A DNA stretch of 64,000 nt from an uncultured Gemmatimonadales bacterium (GCA_963809895.1 CAWELD010000003.1:3456001-3520000); one strand, 5' to 3'; shown: positions 37,796-49,098, counted from the stretch's first letter. Notes: generated by a model not told the origin, from the sequence alone. Numbers and translations: made by a program.

Positions 37796-39562
37796 ATGTC
37801 CGTTCCCGCTCCCCACACCCGCCGCGCTCTGGGCCAGCTCCTGGTGGAGCTCGGCGCCCTCGACGCTCGCACCCTGGAGGCCGCGCTGGCGGCCCGCAGG
37901 GATCCGGGCACGCGTCTCGGGGCGTTCCTTGTCCAGCGCGGCGATCTGCACCCCGACGACGTCAGCCGGGCCCTGGCGCGGCAACTGGGACTGGAACACG
38001 AGCGCGGCCCCCTGGAGCCGGCGCCCGAGGCGCTCTCCCTTCTGCCGGAGGCCGTGGCCCGCGCGAGCCGCGTACTGCCGCTGTCGGTACGGGGCCGAAC
38101 GCTCCGGCTCGCCATGGACGACCCCCTCGACGTGGGCACCGCCGAGGACGTGCGCTTCCGCACCGGGCGGCGGGTCGAGCCCGTGGTGGTGTCACCGGAC
38201 GTACTCGCCGAAGCTTTCGACCGCGCCTGGGGGGGTGAGGTGGCACGCCTGGCGGCGGGCCTCGCCGACCGCCAGGACGACGGCGAGGACCGGGAAGCGC
38301 TGGAACGGGCCGCGCAGGCCGCGCCGGTGGTCCGCCTGGTGGACAAGATCCTGAACGACGGCGTGGCGCGGGGCGCCAGCGACATCCACATCGAGCCTCT
38401 CGCGACACGTCTGCTCGTGCGCCAGCGCGTCGACGGCGTCTTGAAGGCGGTGCACCGGCTGCCGCCCGGTGCCCGCAGCGCCATCGTGTCACGCCTCAAG
38501 ATCATGGCCGGACTGGACATCGCCGTGCGGCGCCGTCCCCAGGACGGTGGCTTCGACATGGAGGGCCAGGGCCGGCGCCTGTCGGCGCGCCTGTCGACGC
38601 TCCCCACCGAGGCCGGGGAGAAGGCGGTGGTTCGCATCCTGGATGCCCGTCAGGCGCCGCCGGGGTTGGACCAGCTGGGGCTGGCACCCGACGACCTGGG
38701 CCGCTTGCGGCGCGTGCTGGCGGGCGGCCAGGGGGTCGTGCTGGCGGCGGGACCCACGGGGAGCGGCAAGAGCAGCACCCTGCACGCCGCGCTCCGGGAG
38801 TTGGACCGGGAGCGGCTCAACGTGGTGACCCTCGAGGACCCCGTGGAATACCGCCTGCCCGGTGTGACGCACGTCCAGGTGGACCCCAGGGCAGGGTTGA
38901 CCTTTCCCGCGGCGCTGCGGGCGGTGCTCCGTCAGGATCCCGACGTCATCATGGTGGGCGAGATCCGCGACCGTGAGACCGCCGAGATCGCCATGGCCGC
39001 GGCGGTCACGGGCCACCTGGTGCTCTCCACGGTGCACACCACCGACGCGCCGGGCGCGGTCACCCGATTGCTGCACATGGGAGTGCCGGCGTACCTGGTG
39101 GCCGGCGGACTGATGGGAGTAGTGGCCCAGCGCCTGGTGCGCACCGTGTGCCCCACCTGCCGGGGCCGGGGTGGGTGCCGGCGCTGCGACGACGGCTTCA
39201 CCGGCCGCACCGGGGTCTTTCAGGTGCTGGTGGTCAGCGACGCGTTGCGCGACGAAGTGGTGGCCGGGGCCTCGGCTCCCACCCTGCGGCGGCGGGCCCG
39301 CGAAGGAGGCATGGGCACGCTGGCCGACGACGTGCGTCGCAAGGTGGCCGAGGGGATCACCACGCCCCACGAGGCGGGACGGGTTCTGCGCACCGATCCC
39401 GGCGCGGCGCTGCCGTGCCGCGGTTGCGGCGAGTCCGTGCCCTCGTCGGCTGCCGCGTGCCCCTGGTGCGGCCGGCCGGTGCGACGGTCGTGCGCGTGCG
39501 GTGAGCGACTGGAACCGGGGTGGCGATACTGCCCCGCCTGTGCGCGCAAGCGATCGTCGTGA
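37796..39562 (+). CDS. GspE/PilB-type secretion/pilus ATPase with N-terminal MshEN motif and C-terminal double zinc ribbon
   Basis: ALGQLLVELG...RLGAFLVQRG..VSRALARQ; ASDIHIEP, PQDG, GPTGSGKS, TLEDPVEY, LRQDPDVIMVGEIRD, TGHLVLSTVHT, CPTC/CRRC; tail CRGC..CPWC..CAC..CPAC. Confidence 0.92.
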   Translation: MSVPAPHTRRALGQLLVELGALDARTLEAALAARRDPGTRLGAFLVQRGDLHPDDVSRALARQLGLEHERGPLEPAPEALSLLPEAVARASRVLPLSVRGRTLRLAMDDPLDVGTAEDVRFRTGRRVEPVVVSPDVLAEAFDRAWGGEVARLAAGLADRQDDGEDREALERAAQAAPVVRLVDKILNDGVARGASDIHIEPLATRLLVRQRVDGVLKAVHRLPPGARSAIVSRLKIMAGLDIAVRRRPQDGGFDMEGQGRRLSARLSTLPTEAGEKAVVRILDARQAPPGLDQLGLAPDDLGRLRRVLAGGQGVVLAAGPTGSGKSSTLHAALRELDRERLNVVTLEDPVEYRLPGVTHVQVDPRAGLTFPAALRAVLRQDPDVIMVGEIRDRETAEIAMAAAVTGHLVLSTVHTTDAPGAVTRLLHMGVPAYLVAGGLMGVVAQRLVRTVCPTCRGRGGCRRCDDGFTGRTGVFQVLVVSDALRDEVVAGASAPTLRRRAREGGMGTLADDVRRKVAEGITTPHEAGRVLRTDPGAALPCRGCGESVPSSAAACPWCGRPVRRSCACGERLEPGWRYCPACARKRSS

Positions 39563-39610
39563 CCGCACGACGCGGTGGTGGGAGCGGCCTCTCCCGGATC
39601 CGGCGGCTCG

Positions 39611-39946
39611 TCAGGGACCCGGCGCCGAGGCCGGCGTGCGCCCGCCCTGCCGGTGATGGGGGGGCACCGGCAGAAGCTGCACCAGATACCCCAGCGCCAG
39701 GAGGACCACGAAGGCGCCCAGGATGGCCCGCGACCAGGGACCCAGGCGGGCTCCCGTCACCGGCACCGGGCTCTGCACCGGCGCCACCCGCCTGAGGCCG
39801 CCGCTCTCCTGCAGGTGCGTGTCCATGGCGGCACCGCAGCGGGCGCACAGGCGGAAGGCTCCGGGATTCACCATCCAACAGTGGGGGCATACCGCCGGCA
39901 CGCCGTGGTCGCCCGTGGGGGCGCCCCGGGGACGGAGCCGACTCAC
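39611..39946 (-). CDS. Small zinc-ribbon membrane protein
   Basis: CPHCWMVNPGAFRLCARCG then one TM helix (AILGAFVVLLALGYLV). GTG 39946 overlaps the upstream stop; alternative start at 39901. Confidence 0.6.
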   Translation of the reverse strand: MSRLRPRGAPTGDHGVPAVCPHCWMVNPGAFRLCARCGAAMDTHLQESGGLRRVAPVQSPVPVTGARLGPWSRAILGAFVVLLALGYLVQLLPVPPHHRQGGRTPASAPGP

Positions 39947-40647
39947 GGCAGGCTCCTGAGCAGGCGGCCCACCGGATCGCCGCCTTCGGGCCAGAGGTAT
40001 CGATCCGACACACGGTTCAGCGCCGTGCGCACGTCCCGGAAGCGCCGGCCCACCTCGTCCAGGACGCCGTCCATTCCCAGCGCCTCGGCCTCCGGGCTGC
40101 GCGCTGCCGTGCGGTACCCGGTGGAGCCCATCTCCTCGTAGTAGGACAGCGACGGGGCACCCCGGCGCTTGCGCCGGGTCTCGAGGTAGTCGGGAAAGAG
40201 GCCGGCCAACCAGAGCGAGAAGTTGCCGAGGTGCGAGCGGAGCAGAAACGCCTCCCGCTCGTCGGCCCGAGCGAGGCGCGCCACCAGATCGACCACGTAG
40301 TGAAACTCCTCCTCGTCTCCTTCGCGCACTCGATAGGCCCGCCCGGAGCGGCCGAAGGCCAGTACCACCGAGGCCACGAAGTCGGCGGCGCCGGCGTCGT
40401 CCACGCCCACTTCGAGAAGGGCCTGCCGCACCAGCACATAGAAGATGACCCCCGGCGACGCGGTGACGTCGGGGTCCGTCAGGAGGGCGTTGCGCACCCG
40501 CGGGTCGTCCAGCAGCGCGTCGGCCCCGTGGCGCTCGAGGCGCTCCCGGGCAGCCCGGCGCAGCTCCGGGTCGTGACGACCCAGGAGATCCACCAACTGC
40601 TGGGCGTCGCGTCGCGAGAACGACGCCCGTAGAGTGGGCAGGATCAT
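39943..40647 (-). CDS. Conserved hypothetical protein
   Basis: 234 aa; HLGNFSLWLAGLFPD...YYEEMGSTGY pattern recalled from an uncharacterised bacterial family. Confidence 0.75.
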   Translation of the reverse strand: MILPTLRASFSRRDAQQLVDLLGRHDPELRRAARERLERHGADALLDDPRVRNALLTDPDVTASPGVIFYVLVRQALLEVGVDDAGAADFVASVVLAFGRSGRAYRVREGDEEEFHYVVDLVARLARADEREAFLLRSHLGNFSLWLAGLFPDYLETRRKRRGAPSLSYYEEMGSTGYRTAARSPEAEALGMDGVLDEVGRRFRDVRTALNRVSDRYLWPEGGDPVGRLLRSLP

Positions 40648-40858
40648 GTGGTCTCCTTCCTTGCCGGGGCATCGGCGCCGCGCCTACCTTCGCCGCACCG
40701 GGGACCCGGTCCGGGCGGTGTTCGCACGCGGTGTCCATTGACGTCCTACACGGCCTGTCGCGCGGCAGTTCGCTCCTCTGGCCAGCTTTCGCCCTCCGAA
40801 GCCCATCCGTCAAGACGGTGGCCCGGGCCGGCGACGCCCGGCCGCCTCGTTCGGCGGG

Positions 40859-42183
40859 GTGGATCCGAAGCACGGGGTCGCGCACGGGGGTGATGTGGAA
40901 TCCACAGCAGGAACGACGACGAAAGGCGGGCGACTGCCCAGGATCCGCAGCTTCAGGCGCCGGGTCTTCCTGGTGATCCTCGCCGTCGCCCTGGTGCCCA
41001 TCGGCGTCGCGCTGGCCGGAGGGACGCTCCTGCTGCGCGAGATCGGCTCCAGCACCGGCACGTTGGGCCCTTGGGAAGAGGTGGCCCGGTCCGGGCGCCA
41101 GCTCATCGACGCGGCCACCGCGGCCGCCCCCGGAGACTCCACGGTCGCGGGTGCGGCGCGCCGTCACGGCGAGGCGCTCTCCGCGTCGGTCCGCCAATCC
41201 CGGCTCTACACCGTGGTGACCGCGCGCATCGTCACCCTTCTTCCGCTGGGCGCGCTCCTGGGCTCCATCATCCTGGCCGCGCTGGCGGCCTGGGCGGCGG
41301 GTGGCCTGTCCCGGTGGGTGTCGCGTCCCATCGCCGAGCTCGTGGACTGGACCGGGCGCATCGCCCGCCGCGAGCCCCTGCCTCCCGAGCCCGGGGGCGG
41401 TGCGGGCGTGACGGAGTTCGATGCCCTGCGGGGCGCGCTCCGGGGCATGGCGCGGGAGCTCGAGGAGGCCCGTCGCCAGGAGCTGGAATCGGCTCGCCTG
41501 CGCGCCTGGACCGAGATGGCACGTCGGGTCGCGCACGAGCTCAAGAATCCCCTGACACCCATGCGCATGAGCGCGTCTGCCCTGGCCCGCAGCGACGACA
41601 CCAGGGTGCGGGAGACCGCCGAGATGCTCCTGGAGGAGGTGTCGCGCCTCGAGGAGATGGCACGCACCTTCGCCCAGTTCGGACGCCTTCCCGAGGGTCC
41701 CACGGCCCCGGTCGATCTGGTGGAGCTCCTGGAAGCGCTCGCCGAGCGCCACGACGGCAAGCCCGTGCCCGTGCGACTGCTGGTCCCGGCGCCGCTGCCC
41801 ATGGTGTCCGGGCATCACGAATTGCTGTCCCGCGTCTTCCGGAACCTGGTGGTCAACGCCCAGGAAGCGGCCAGCGAGGGAGGTGGAACGGCAGTGGAGG
41901 TGCGGGTGGAGGCGCGTGACGGTCACGTGCGGGTGACGGTGTCCGACGACGGCCCCGGCATCCCCCCGGAGCTGCTCGAGCGCATCTGGCTCCCGGACGT
42001 GACCACCAAGCGCAAGGGCACGGGACTGGGTCTGCCCATGGTGCGTCAGGCGGTCACGGCCCACGGAGGCCGCGTCGAGGCGTCGAATCGTCCCGGAGGT
42101 GGTGCCGAGTTCGTGGTGACGCTTCCCGTGGAGCCCACAGAGCCCGCCCCGGCCGCGCACACGCCCGTCGACGAGAGGGTCTG

Positions 42184-42184
<1 letters not shown>
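40859..42184 (+). CDS. Membrane sensor histidine kinase (NtrY-like, HAMP); start uncertain
   Basis: Two TM helices, [23 protein letters not shown] (NtrY-type H-box), [23 protein letters not shown]. Confidence 0.92.
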
Positions 42185-43551
<1,367 letters not shown>

Positions 43552-43588
43552 CGGTGCCGAGCACCACGAGAAAGGTGGAGGTACGACC

Positions 43589-45280
43589 ATGAGGAAGGTC
43601 CTGGGCGCGCTGGCCATGGCGCTTCTTCTGGCACGGCCCCTGGGGGCGCAGGAACGGGTGGAGGAAGCGGACCTTCCGGACGAGGTCGCCGACAGCATCA
43701 TCGTCTTCTTCAACGACCCCGGAACCATCCGCTTCAACGGTCGCGGCCGGGTGCCGGCGGGCCGCACCATCGTGGGTGACGTGGGCGTGCTGGACGGCCC
43801 CTTCACCGTCTCGGGGCTGATCCGCGGCGATCTGATGGTCCTGAACGGCAACCTGACCGTCGAAGAGGGCGGCCGGGTCGAGGGCGACGTGACCGTCGTC
43901 GGAGGCGACGTCCTGGGCCTGCCCGAGGGCAGCGTGAGCGGGGCGCTGGTCATCTACGAGGAGCGCATGCCCTACGCTTCCCGCGGGGGCGAGGTCCGGC
44001 GTCGGGGCGGGCCTCGCACGGAGCGCCGGGGGATTCGGCTCGGGGACTCCCGTCTCACCGTGCGCGCCGGCACCAACTACAACCGGGTCGAGGGGCTCCC
44101 GGTTCTGTTCGGACCGGTCTTCCGGACCTCGGGCGAGAACCCGCTGCGCATGGAGGCCCTGGCCATCTGGCGCACCGAGTCGGGCTACACGCGCGACGAC
44201 CTGGGCTATCGCATCCGCCTGGAGCAGCAACTGGGCGTTCCGGCACTTGTCACCTTCGGCGCCACCGCCTTTTCGGAGGTCGCTCCGGTGGAGGATTGGG
44301 GCCTCCGGGACCTGGAGGCTTCGCTGGCCACCTTCTTCCTGCACCGGGACTACCGCGACTACTACGAGCGCCAGGGCTTCAGCTTGTTCGCTCAGGCCCA
44401 CCTGCCCGGGACACCGCTCCAGGCGAAGCTGAGTTACCGCAACGAGGAGCACCTGGACGTGCCGGTGGCGAGCCCATGGACGCTCCGCCGCAACGATCAG
44501 TCCTGGCGCCCGCTGCCCCTCATGGGCACCGGCGACCTGCAGACGCTCGGCCTGGCGCTGACCCTGGACAACCGCAACGATCCCGACGATCCCACCGACG
44601 GCTGGTGGATCCAGGGCCACGTCACCCGCGGGATCGGTGGCGCCCTCACGCGCCGCGACTACCTGCGGCCGGCCCCCGAGGAGACCGAGGACGCCGCTCC
44701 GGTCTCCAGCGCCTTCACCGACGGCTTCCTGGACGTCCGCCGGTACGCCAGGGTGGGGCCCGACGCCGACATGGCGTTCCGGGGATTGTTGGCAGGCTCG
44801 TTGGGCTCCCGGGACCTGCCCTCGCAGTTCCAGCACGCCATGGGCGGCGAAGGCTCTCTGCCCGGCTTCCGGCGCTTCTCGCAGGACTGCGGCGCTCGCG
44901 ACGAGACCTTCGCGGTGACCCGGGAGCGCGACGGCCAAACCGTGGTGGATCCGGTCTACGCCCGCTACGGCTGCGACCGCATCGCCCTCTTCCAGGTGGA
45001 GTATCGGGGCCGCTTCTCGCTGGACCTGGGGCTGGATCCCGACGACGAGCAATGGGAACGGTGGGACTGGTATCCGGCGGTGGACCTGAGCCCCGCCTGG
45101 ACGGTCTTCTTCGACGCCGGCCGGGGCTGGAGCCGGATTCCCGGTGCACCGAACACGAACACCGTGGCGGACGTGGGGGCCGGCCTTCTCCTGGGCAACC
45201 TGGGTGTCTATTGGGCCTACCCCCTGACCGGAGACGACCGCCACGTGAACTTCTTCGTCCGCCTCAAGCGCCGCTTCTGA
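43589..45280 (+). CDS. Exported protein: bactofilin-like beta-helix fused to an Omp85/BamA-TamA-like barrel
   Basis: Signal peptide; GDVGVLDG/GDLMVLNG/GDVTVVGG repeats; YNRVEG, LDNRND, MGGEGSLPGF (L6-like), VFFDAGRGW, DVGAGL; ends RLKRRF. Confidence 0.72.
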   Translation: MRKVLGALAMALLLARPLGAQERVEEADLPDEVADSIIVFFNDPGTIRFNGRGRVPAGRTIVGDVGVLDGPFTVSGLIRGDLMVLNGNLTVEEGGRVEGDVTVVGGDVLGLPEGSVSGALVIYEERMPYASRGGEVRRRGGPRTERRGIRLGDSRLTVRAGTNYNRVEGLPVLFGPVFRTSGENPLRMEALAIWRTESGYTRDDLGYRIRLEQQLGVPALVTFGATAFSEVAPVEDWGLRDLEASLATFFLHRDYRDYYERQGFSLFAQAHLPGTPLQAKLSYRNEEHLDVPVASPWTLRRNDQSWRPLPLMGTGDLQTLGLALTLDNRNDPDDPTDGWWIQGHVTRGIGGALTRRDYLRPAPEETEDAAPVSSAFTDGFLDVRRYARVGPDADMAFRGLLAGSLGSRDLPSQFQHAMGGEGSLPGFRRFSQDCGARDETFAVTRERDGQTVVDPVYARYGCDRIALFQVEYRGRFSLDLGLDPDDEQWERWDWYPAVDLSPAWTVFFDAGRGWSRIPGAPNTNTVADVGAGLLLGNLGVYWAYPLTGDDRHVNFFVRLKRRF

Positions 45281-45295
45281 TCGGGGCGTGGTCCG

Positions 45296-45931
45296 TTGAT
45301 CCGGCGAGTGGCGCTTCTGATGCTGGTGGTCGTCCAGGTCGCCCTGCCCCGGCAGGCGGCGGCCCAGGACGACGACTCCCCTCCCGTCACCCTCGAGGTG
45401 GCGGCGGGCACGGGAGAGCTCCGGGTGCACCTGGGAGACCTGCTGGCCGACGGCGGCCTGCGCCGGGCGATCCACCAGGGACTGCCCCTCCGGATCGGCG
45501 TGCGCGCCGAGCTCTGGCAGGACAAGTTCTTCGACAGCGAGCGGGGCGTGGCCGAGTGGAAGGCCAGCGTGGTCTACGACCCCGTGGCTCGCAACTACGA
45601 GGTCGACGTGGGCAGTGGCGAGGCGGCCACGGTGAGCTCCCTGGCCGAAGCCACCGCCGTGCTTCAGCAACGCTTCGAGCTGCCCATCCGACCCCAGCGC
45701 TCCGGGCGCTTCTACTACCTGGCGGTGGTGGAGATGGAGACGCTCTCCCTCTCGGACCTCGAGGAGCTACAGCACTGGCTCAAGGGTGACCTCGCCCCTG
45801 CTGTCAGCGGCGACGAAGACGTGGAAAACGCCATGGCCCGGGGAGTGCGACGTCTCTTCGTGCGCGCCCTGGGCCTGCCGACCCGGCGTATCCGGCTCCG
45901 GACCGAGACCTTCGAAGTGGGCGGCGGCTGA
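45296..45931 (+). CDS. DUF4390-like exported protein
   Basis: Signal peptide; LRRAIHQGLP, ELWQDKFFDS, VVYDPVARNY. Confidence 0.6.
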   Translation: MIRRVALLMLVVVQVALPRQAAAQDDDSPPVTLEVAAGTGELRVHLGDLLADGGLRRAIHQGLPLRIGVRAELWQDKFFDSERGVAEWKASVVYDPVARNYEVDVGSGEAATVSSLAEATAVLQQRFELPIRPQRSGRFYYLAVVEMETLSLSDLEELQHWLKGDLAPAVSGDEDVENAMARGVRRLFVRALGLPTRRIRLRTETFEVGGG

Positions 45932-45934
45932 CGC

Positions 45935-47041
45935 TCAGGCCGAGACGGTCTCGCGGCGCACCGTGAGCGCGTCGATGAGATCCAACCGGGGCGTCACGCC
46001 CATGCCCGGCGCGTCGGGCAGAGCCAGCGTTCCGTCCACGAGCTCGAACTCGGGCTCGACCAGATCTTCACTCCAGTAGCGGCTCGACGCCGAGATGTCG
46101 CCGGGAAGGGTGAAGCCCGGCAGGGTCGCCAGCGCCACGTTGTGCGCCCGGCCGATCCCCGACTCCAGCATACCCCCGCACCAGACCGGGACGTCGTGGG
46201 CGAGACACAGATCGTGGATGGCCCGGGCCGAGGAGAATCCCCCGACACGACCCGGCTTGATGTTGACGATGCGGCAGGCGCCGAGCTCCAGCGCCAGCGC
46301 GGCGTCCTGTAGCGAGCGGATGGACTCGTCCAGACAGATGGGCGTGGCGAGCTCCTCCTGCAGCCTGGCGTGGTCCCGCAGGTCCTCGTAGCCCAGCGGC
46401 TGCTCGATCATCATGAGATCCAGGGCGTCCAGCTCCCTGAGCAGCGCCGCGTCGGCCAGCGTGTACGCCGAGTTGGCGTCGGCCATGAGTCGCGCCTCCG
46501 GAAAGCGGTGGCGCACGGCCTCGAGCATGTCCACGTCCCGTCCCGGCTTGATCTTGATCTTGACGCGCCGGTATCCCTCGGCCAGGTAGCCCTCGATCTT
46601 GCCCAGGAGCTGGTCGTCGGAGGGCTGCAGCCCCACGCTGACGCCCACCTCCACCGGGTGCCTGCCGCCCCCCACCACGTCGGCCAGCGAGCGGCCCTCC
46701 ATGCGAGCCGCCAGGTCCCATGCGGCCATCTCCAGCGCCGCCTTCGCCATGCGGTGTCCCCGCACCCAGGCGGCCCCGGCCGTGAGCCCGGCGACGTCCG
46801 GCGCCTCCCGCCCCACCACGGCTGGAGCCACGAAGTCCCGGAGCACGTGCCACGCGGTCTCGGTCGTCTCGTAGGAATAGCCAGGATCTTCGCCCACCAC
46901 GCACTCCCCCCACCCCACCTGCCCCTCACCGTGGACGGTCACCAGGAAGATGGTCCGTTCCTGGCGACCTCCGCTGCTGATCTCGAAGCGCTCCTTGAGC
47001 ATCAGGGGCACGAGCCTCATCTCGATCCGTTCGATGCGCAT
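45935..47041 (-). CDS. menC: o-Succinylbenzoate synthase / N-succinylamino acid racemase (NSAR/OSBS, enolase superfamily)
   Basis: YSYET, HRMAKAALEMA, GVSVG, RVKIKIKPG, MADANSAY, IEQPL, ICLDESI, NIKPGRVGG, WCGGMLESGIGRA, PGDISAS. Confidence 0.92.
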   Translation of the reverse strand: MRIERIEMRLVPLMLKERFEISSGGRQERTIFLVTVHGEGQVGWGECVVGEDPGYSYETTETAWHVLRDFVAPAVVGREAPDVAGLTAGAAWVRGHRMAKAALEMAAWDLAARMEGRSLADVVGGGRHPVEVGVSVGLQPSDDQLLGKIEGYLAEGYRRVKIKIKPGRDVDMLEAVRHRFPEARLMADANSAYTLADAALLRELDALDLMMIEQPLGYEDLRDHARLQEELATPICLDESIRSLQDAALALELGACRIVNIKPGRVGGFSSARAIHDLCLAHDVPVWCGGMLESGIGRAHNVALATLPGFTLPGDISASSRYWSEDLVEPEFELVDGTLALPDAPGMGVTPRLDLIDALTVRRETVSA

Positions 47042-47086
47042 GATCCGTCGGGAAAGGGTGTTGAGAAGGGGGACGAGTCGGTGCAG

Positions 47087-47920
47087 TCAGGGCAGATAGA
47101 CCAGGTAGTGCGACACGGGCCCGGCGCGCACCAGCTCGCGAGCCACGCCCCCTCGCGCCAGCGCCGGCTCCAGCGCTGCCCTGGTCGCATGCCGCCACGC
47201 CAGCGCCAGCCCCGCGTCCGCCGCCTTGAGCGCCTGGATGTCGGCGGGGATGGCCACGCGGAAGACCGGGGCGTCCGGGAGCGCATGGGGCACGTCCACC
47301 GGAGCCGGGCCGGCCCCCGAGGCGCGCACTCCGAAGGCGTCGGGTCCCGTCGCCTCCTCCGATGCGGACGGGTCGAAGCGCCGGCCCCCGAGGCGGGCCT
47401 CCACCCGGTCCGAGTCCATGTCCCAGGTGGTGACGAAGCGGTCGGTGCCCAGACCCTGGTGGAGCGGAGAGTCCGATGCCCCGTACATGTCCACGACGTA
47501 CTCGCCGCACACCGCGCCCAGCACGCCCAGGTTCAGGTGCGCGTTACGGGACTCCAGAGGGTCGAAGGTCCAGCGCATGCGGGTGACGCCCATGGCCAGC
47601 AGGCGTTCACGCTGATGCACCTTGAGGCGCCGGCCGACGCCCGCGTCCCGGAGCTCGGGTACCACGGCCAGCATGTCGGACCAGTGCACCAGCCTGCCTT
47701 CTTCGACACCCGTGAGCCCGAAGACGAAGCCCACCTGGCGCCCGCCGTCGTCGAAGGCGCCCGACACCACCCCGCCCAGGCGGGCGGCCACCTTGAGGAG
47801 CGACACGGGCACCCGCTCGGCGAAGCCCTCGCCCCAGGTGGCCTCCTGCAGGGTCACGCACGCCCGCAGCTCGTCGGCCGTGCGCAGGGGCCGGATGGAG
47901 ACCGAGCCCGATTCCGTCAC
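47087..47920 (-). CDS. GNAT family acyltransferase (D-amino acid N-succinyltransferase-like)
   Basis: LQEATWG, HWSDMLAV, GVGRRLKVHQR, WTFDPLESRNAHLN, VVDMYG, GLGTDRF; GTGA overlap with the upstream gene. Confidence 0.85.
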   Translation of the reverse strand: MTESGSVSIRPLRTADELRACVTLQEATWGEGFAERVPVSLLKVAARLGGVVSGAFDDGGRQVGFVFGLTGVEEGRLVHWSDMLAVVPELRDAGVGRRLKVHQRERLLAMGVTRMRWTFDPLESRNAHLNLGVLGAVCGEYVVDMYGASDSPLHQGLGTDRFVTTWDMDSDRVEARLGGRRFDPSASEEATGPDAFGVRASGAGPAPVDVPHALPDAPVFRVAIPADIQALKAADAGLALAWRHATRAALEPALARGGVARELVRAGPVSHYLVYLP

Positions 47921-49098
47921 CGGTCCTCGTCCACGGGATGGGCCAGGAGCCCCGCCACCAGCGCCGCTCGCTCCGGCATGCGGTCCATGCGCAGGTGCTC
48001 GTGGGGCGCGTGCGCCCCGTCGCCCACCGGACCCAGCCCGTCCAGCGTCGCGGTGTGGAGGCTGGTGTGGTTGCCGTCGGATCCACCCCCCACGGCGCGC
48101 TCCTCCACGTGCAGACCCAGGCCGGCGGCCACCGCGCGCGCGGCCTCCCACAGGCGCCGGTTGCGGGGGGTGGGCTCCAGCGGCGGCGTGCGCACGCCAC
48201 CGGTGACCTCGAGGGTGACCCCGTCGAGCCCGGAAGGCAGCGCCCGGATGCGCTCCTCGGCTTCCGCGGCGTCCCGCGCGGTGCGCGCCCTCACGTCCAC
48301 ATCGAGGCGCGCTTCGGCAGCCACCACGTTGGGACGGGTGCCTCCGGTGACGACGCCGGGATTCACGGTCAGGCCCCGCTCCAGGTCGGTGAGCTGGTGG
48401 AGTCGTTCCACGGTGCGCGCCATGGCGACGATGGCGCTCCGGCCGCGCTCCGGCTCCAGCCCCGCGTGGGCGGGCACGCCGTGGAAGCGGAGCGTGAAGC
48501 CCCCCACTCCTTTGCGGGCGGTCTTCAGGGCGCCCTTCTCTCCGAAGGCGGGCTCCAGGATGAGCGCCCGGCAGGCCACCCGGGCGAGACGCGTGACGTG
48601 GCGCATGGAGTCGGGGCTGCCGATCTCCTCGTCGCCGTTGAGGAAGAACACCGGCGAGGCCGGGAGCTCGATGCCCGCCGCCTGGAGCGCCCGCACGGCG
48701 TACAGCCCCTGCACGACCCCACCCTTCATGTCGAAGACCCCCGGGCCGTGGAGGCGTCCGTCCGTCTCACGCACCGGCATGGTGGCGAGGGTGCCCATGG
48801 GCCACACCGTATCCAGGTGACCCACCAGGAGTTGTAGCGGGCGGCCCCGGAGCCTGGCCGCCGGCGCGGCAAGAAGGTGGCCCGCCGCGCCGCGCCCGTC
48901 GATCCGCCGCACCCGGAACCCCATGTTCTCGAGCTCGGCGGCCACGGCGTCCCGGGCCTCCGCCACGGCGCTCGGCGTGTCCGACGGGGATTCGATGCGG
49001 GCGAGACGCGCCGTGAGCCCGACCATCTCGTTCTGGCGGTCGCCGAGCCATTGGCGGAGCCCGGCCAGGGTGCCGGCGTCCAGCCCTCCGGCGCTCAC
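47917..49098 (-). CDS. M20 metallopeptidase (carboxypeptidase G2-like / desuccinylase)
   Basis: GHLDTVW, GPGVFDMKGG, GDEEIGS, LILEP, AHAG, GGGSDGN, DGLGPVGDGAHA; GTGA overlap. Confidence 0.9.
   Translation of the reverse strand: MSAGGLDAGTLAGLRQWLGDRQNEMVGLTARLARIESPSDTPSAVAEARDAVAAELENMGFRVRRIDGRGAAGHLLAAPAARLRGRPLQLLVGHLDTVWPMGTLATMPVRETDGRLHGPGVFDMKGGVVQGLYAVRALQAAGIELPASPVFFLNGDEEIGSPDSMRHVTRLARVACRALILEPAFGEKGALKTARKGVGGFTLRFHGVPAHAGLEPERGRSAIVAMARTVERLHQLTDLERGLTVNPGVVTGGTRPNVVAAEARLDVDVRARTARDAAEAEERIRALPSGLDGVTLEVTGGVRTPPLEPTPRNRRLWEAARAVAAGLGLHVEERAVGGGSDGNHTSLHTATLDGLGPVGDGAHAPHEHLRMDRMPERAALVAGLLAHPVDEDR

Noticed and set aside
45935..47041. Menaquinone biosynthesis operon
   Set aside because: No menB/D/E/F/H nearby; the GNAT and M20 neighbours indicate the racemase context.
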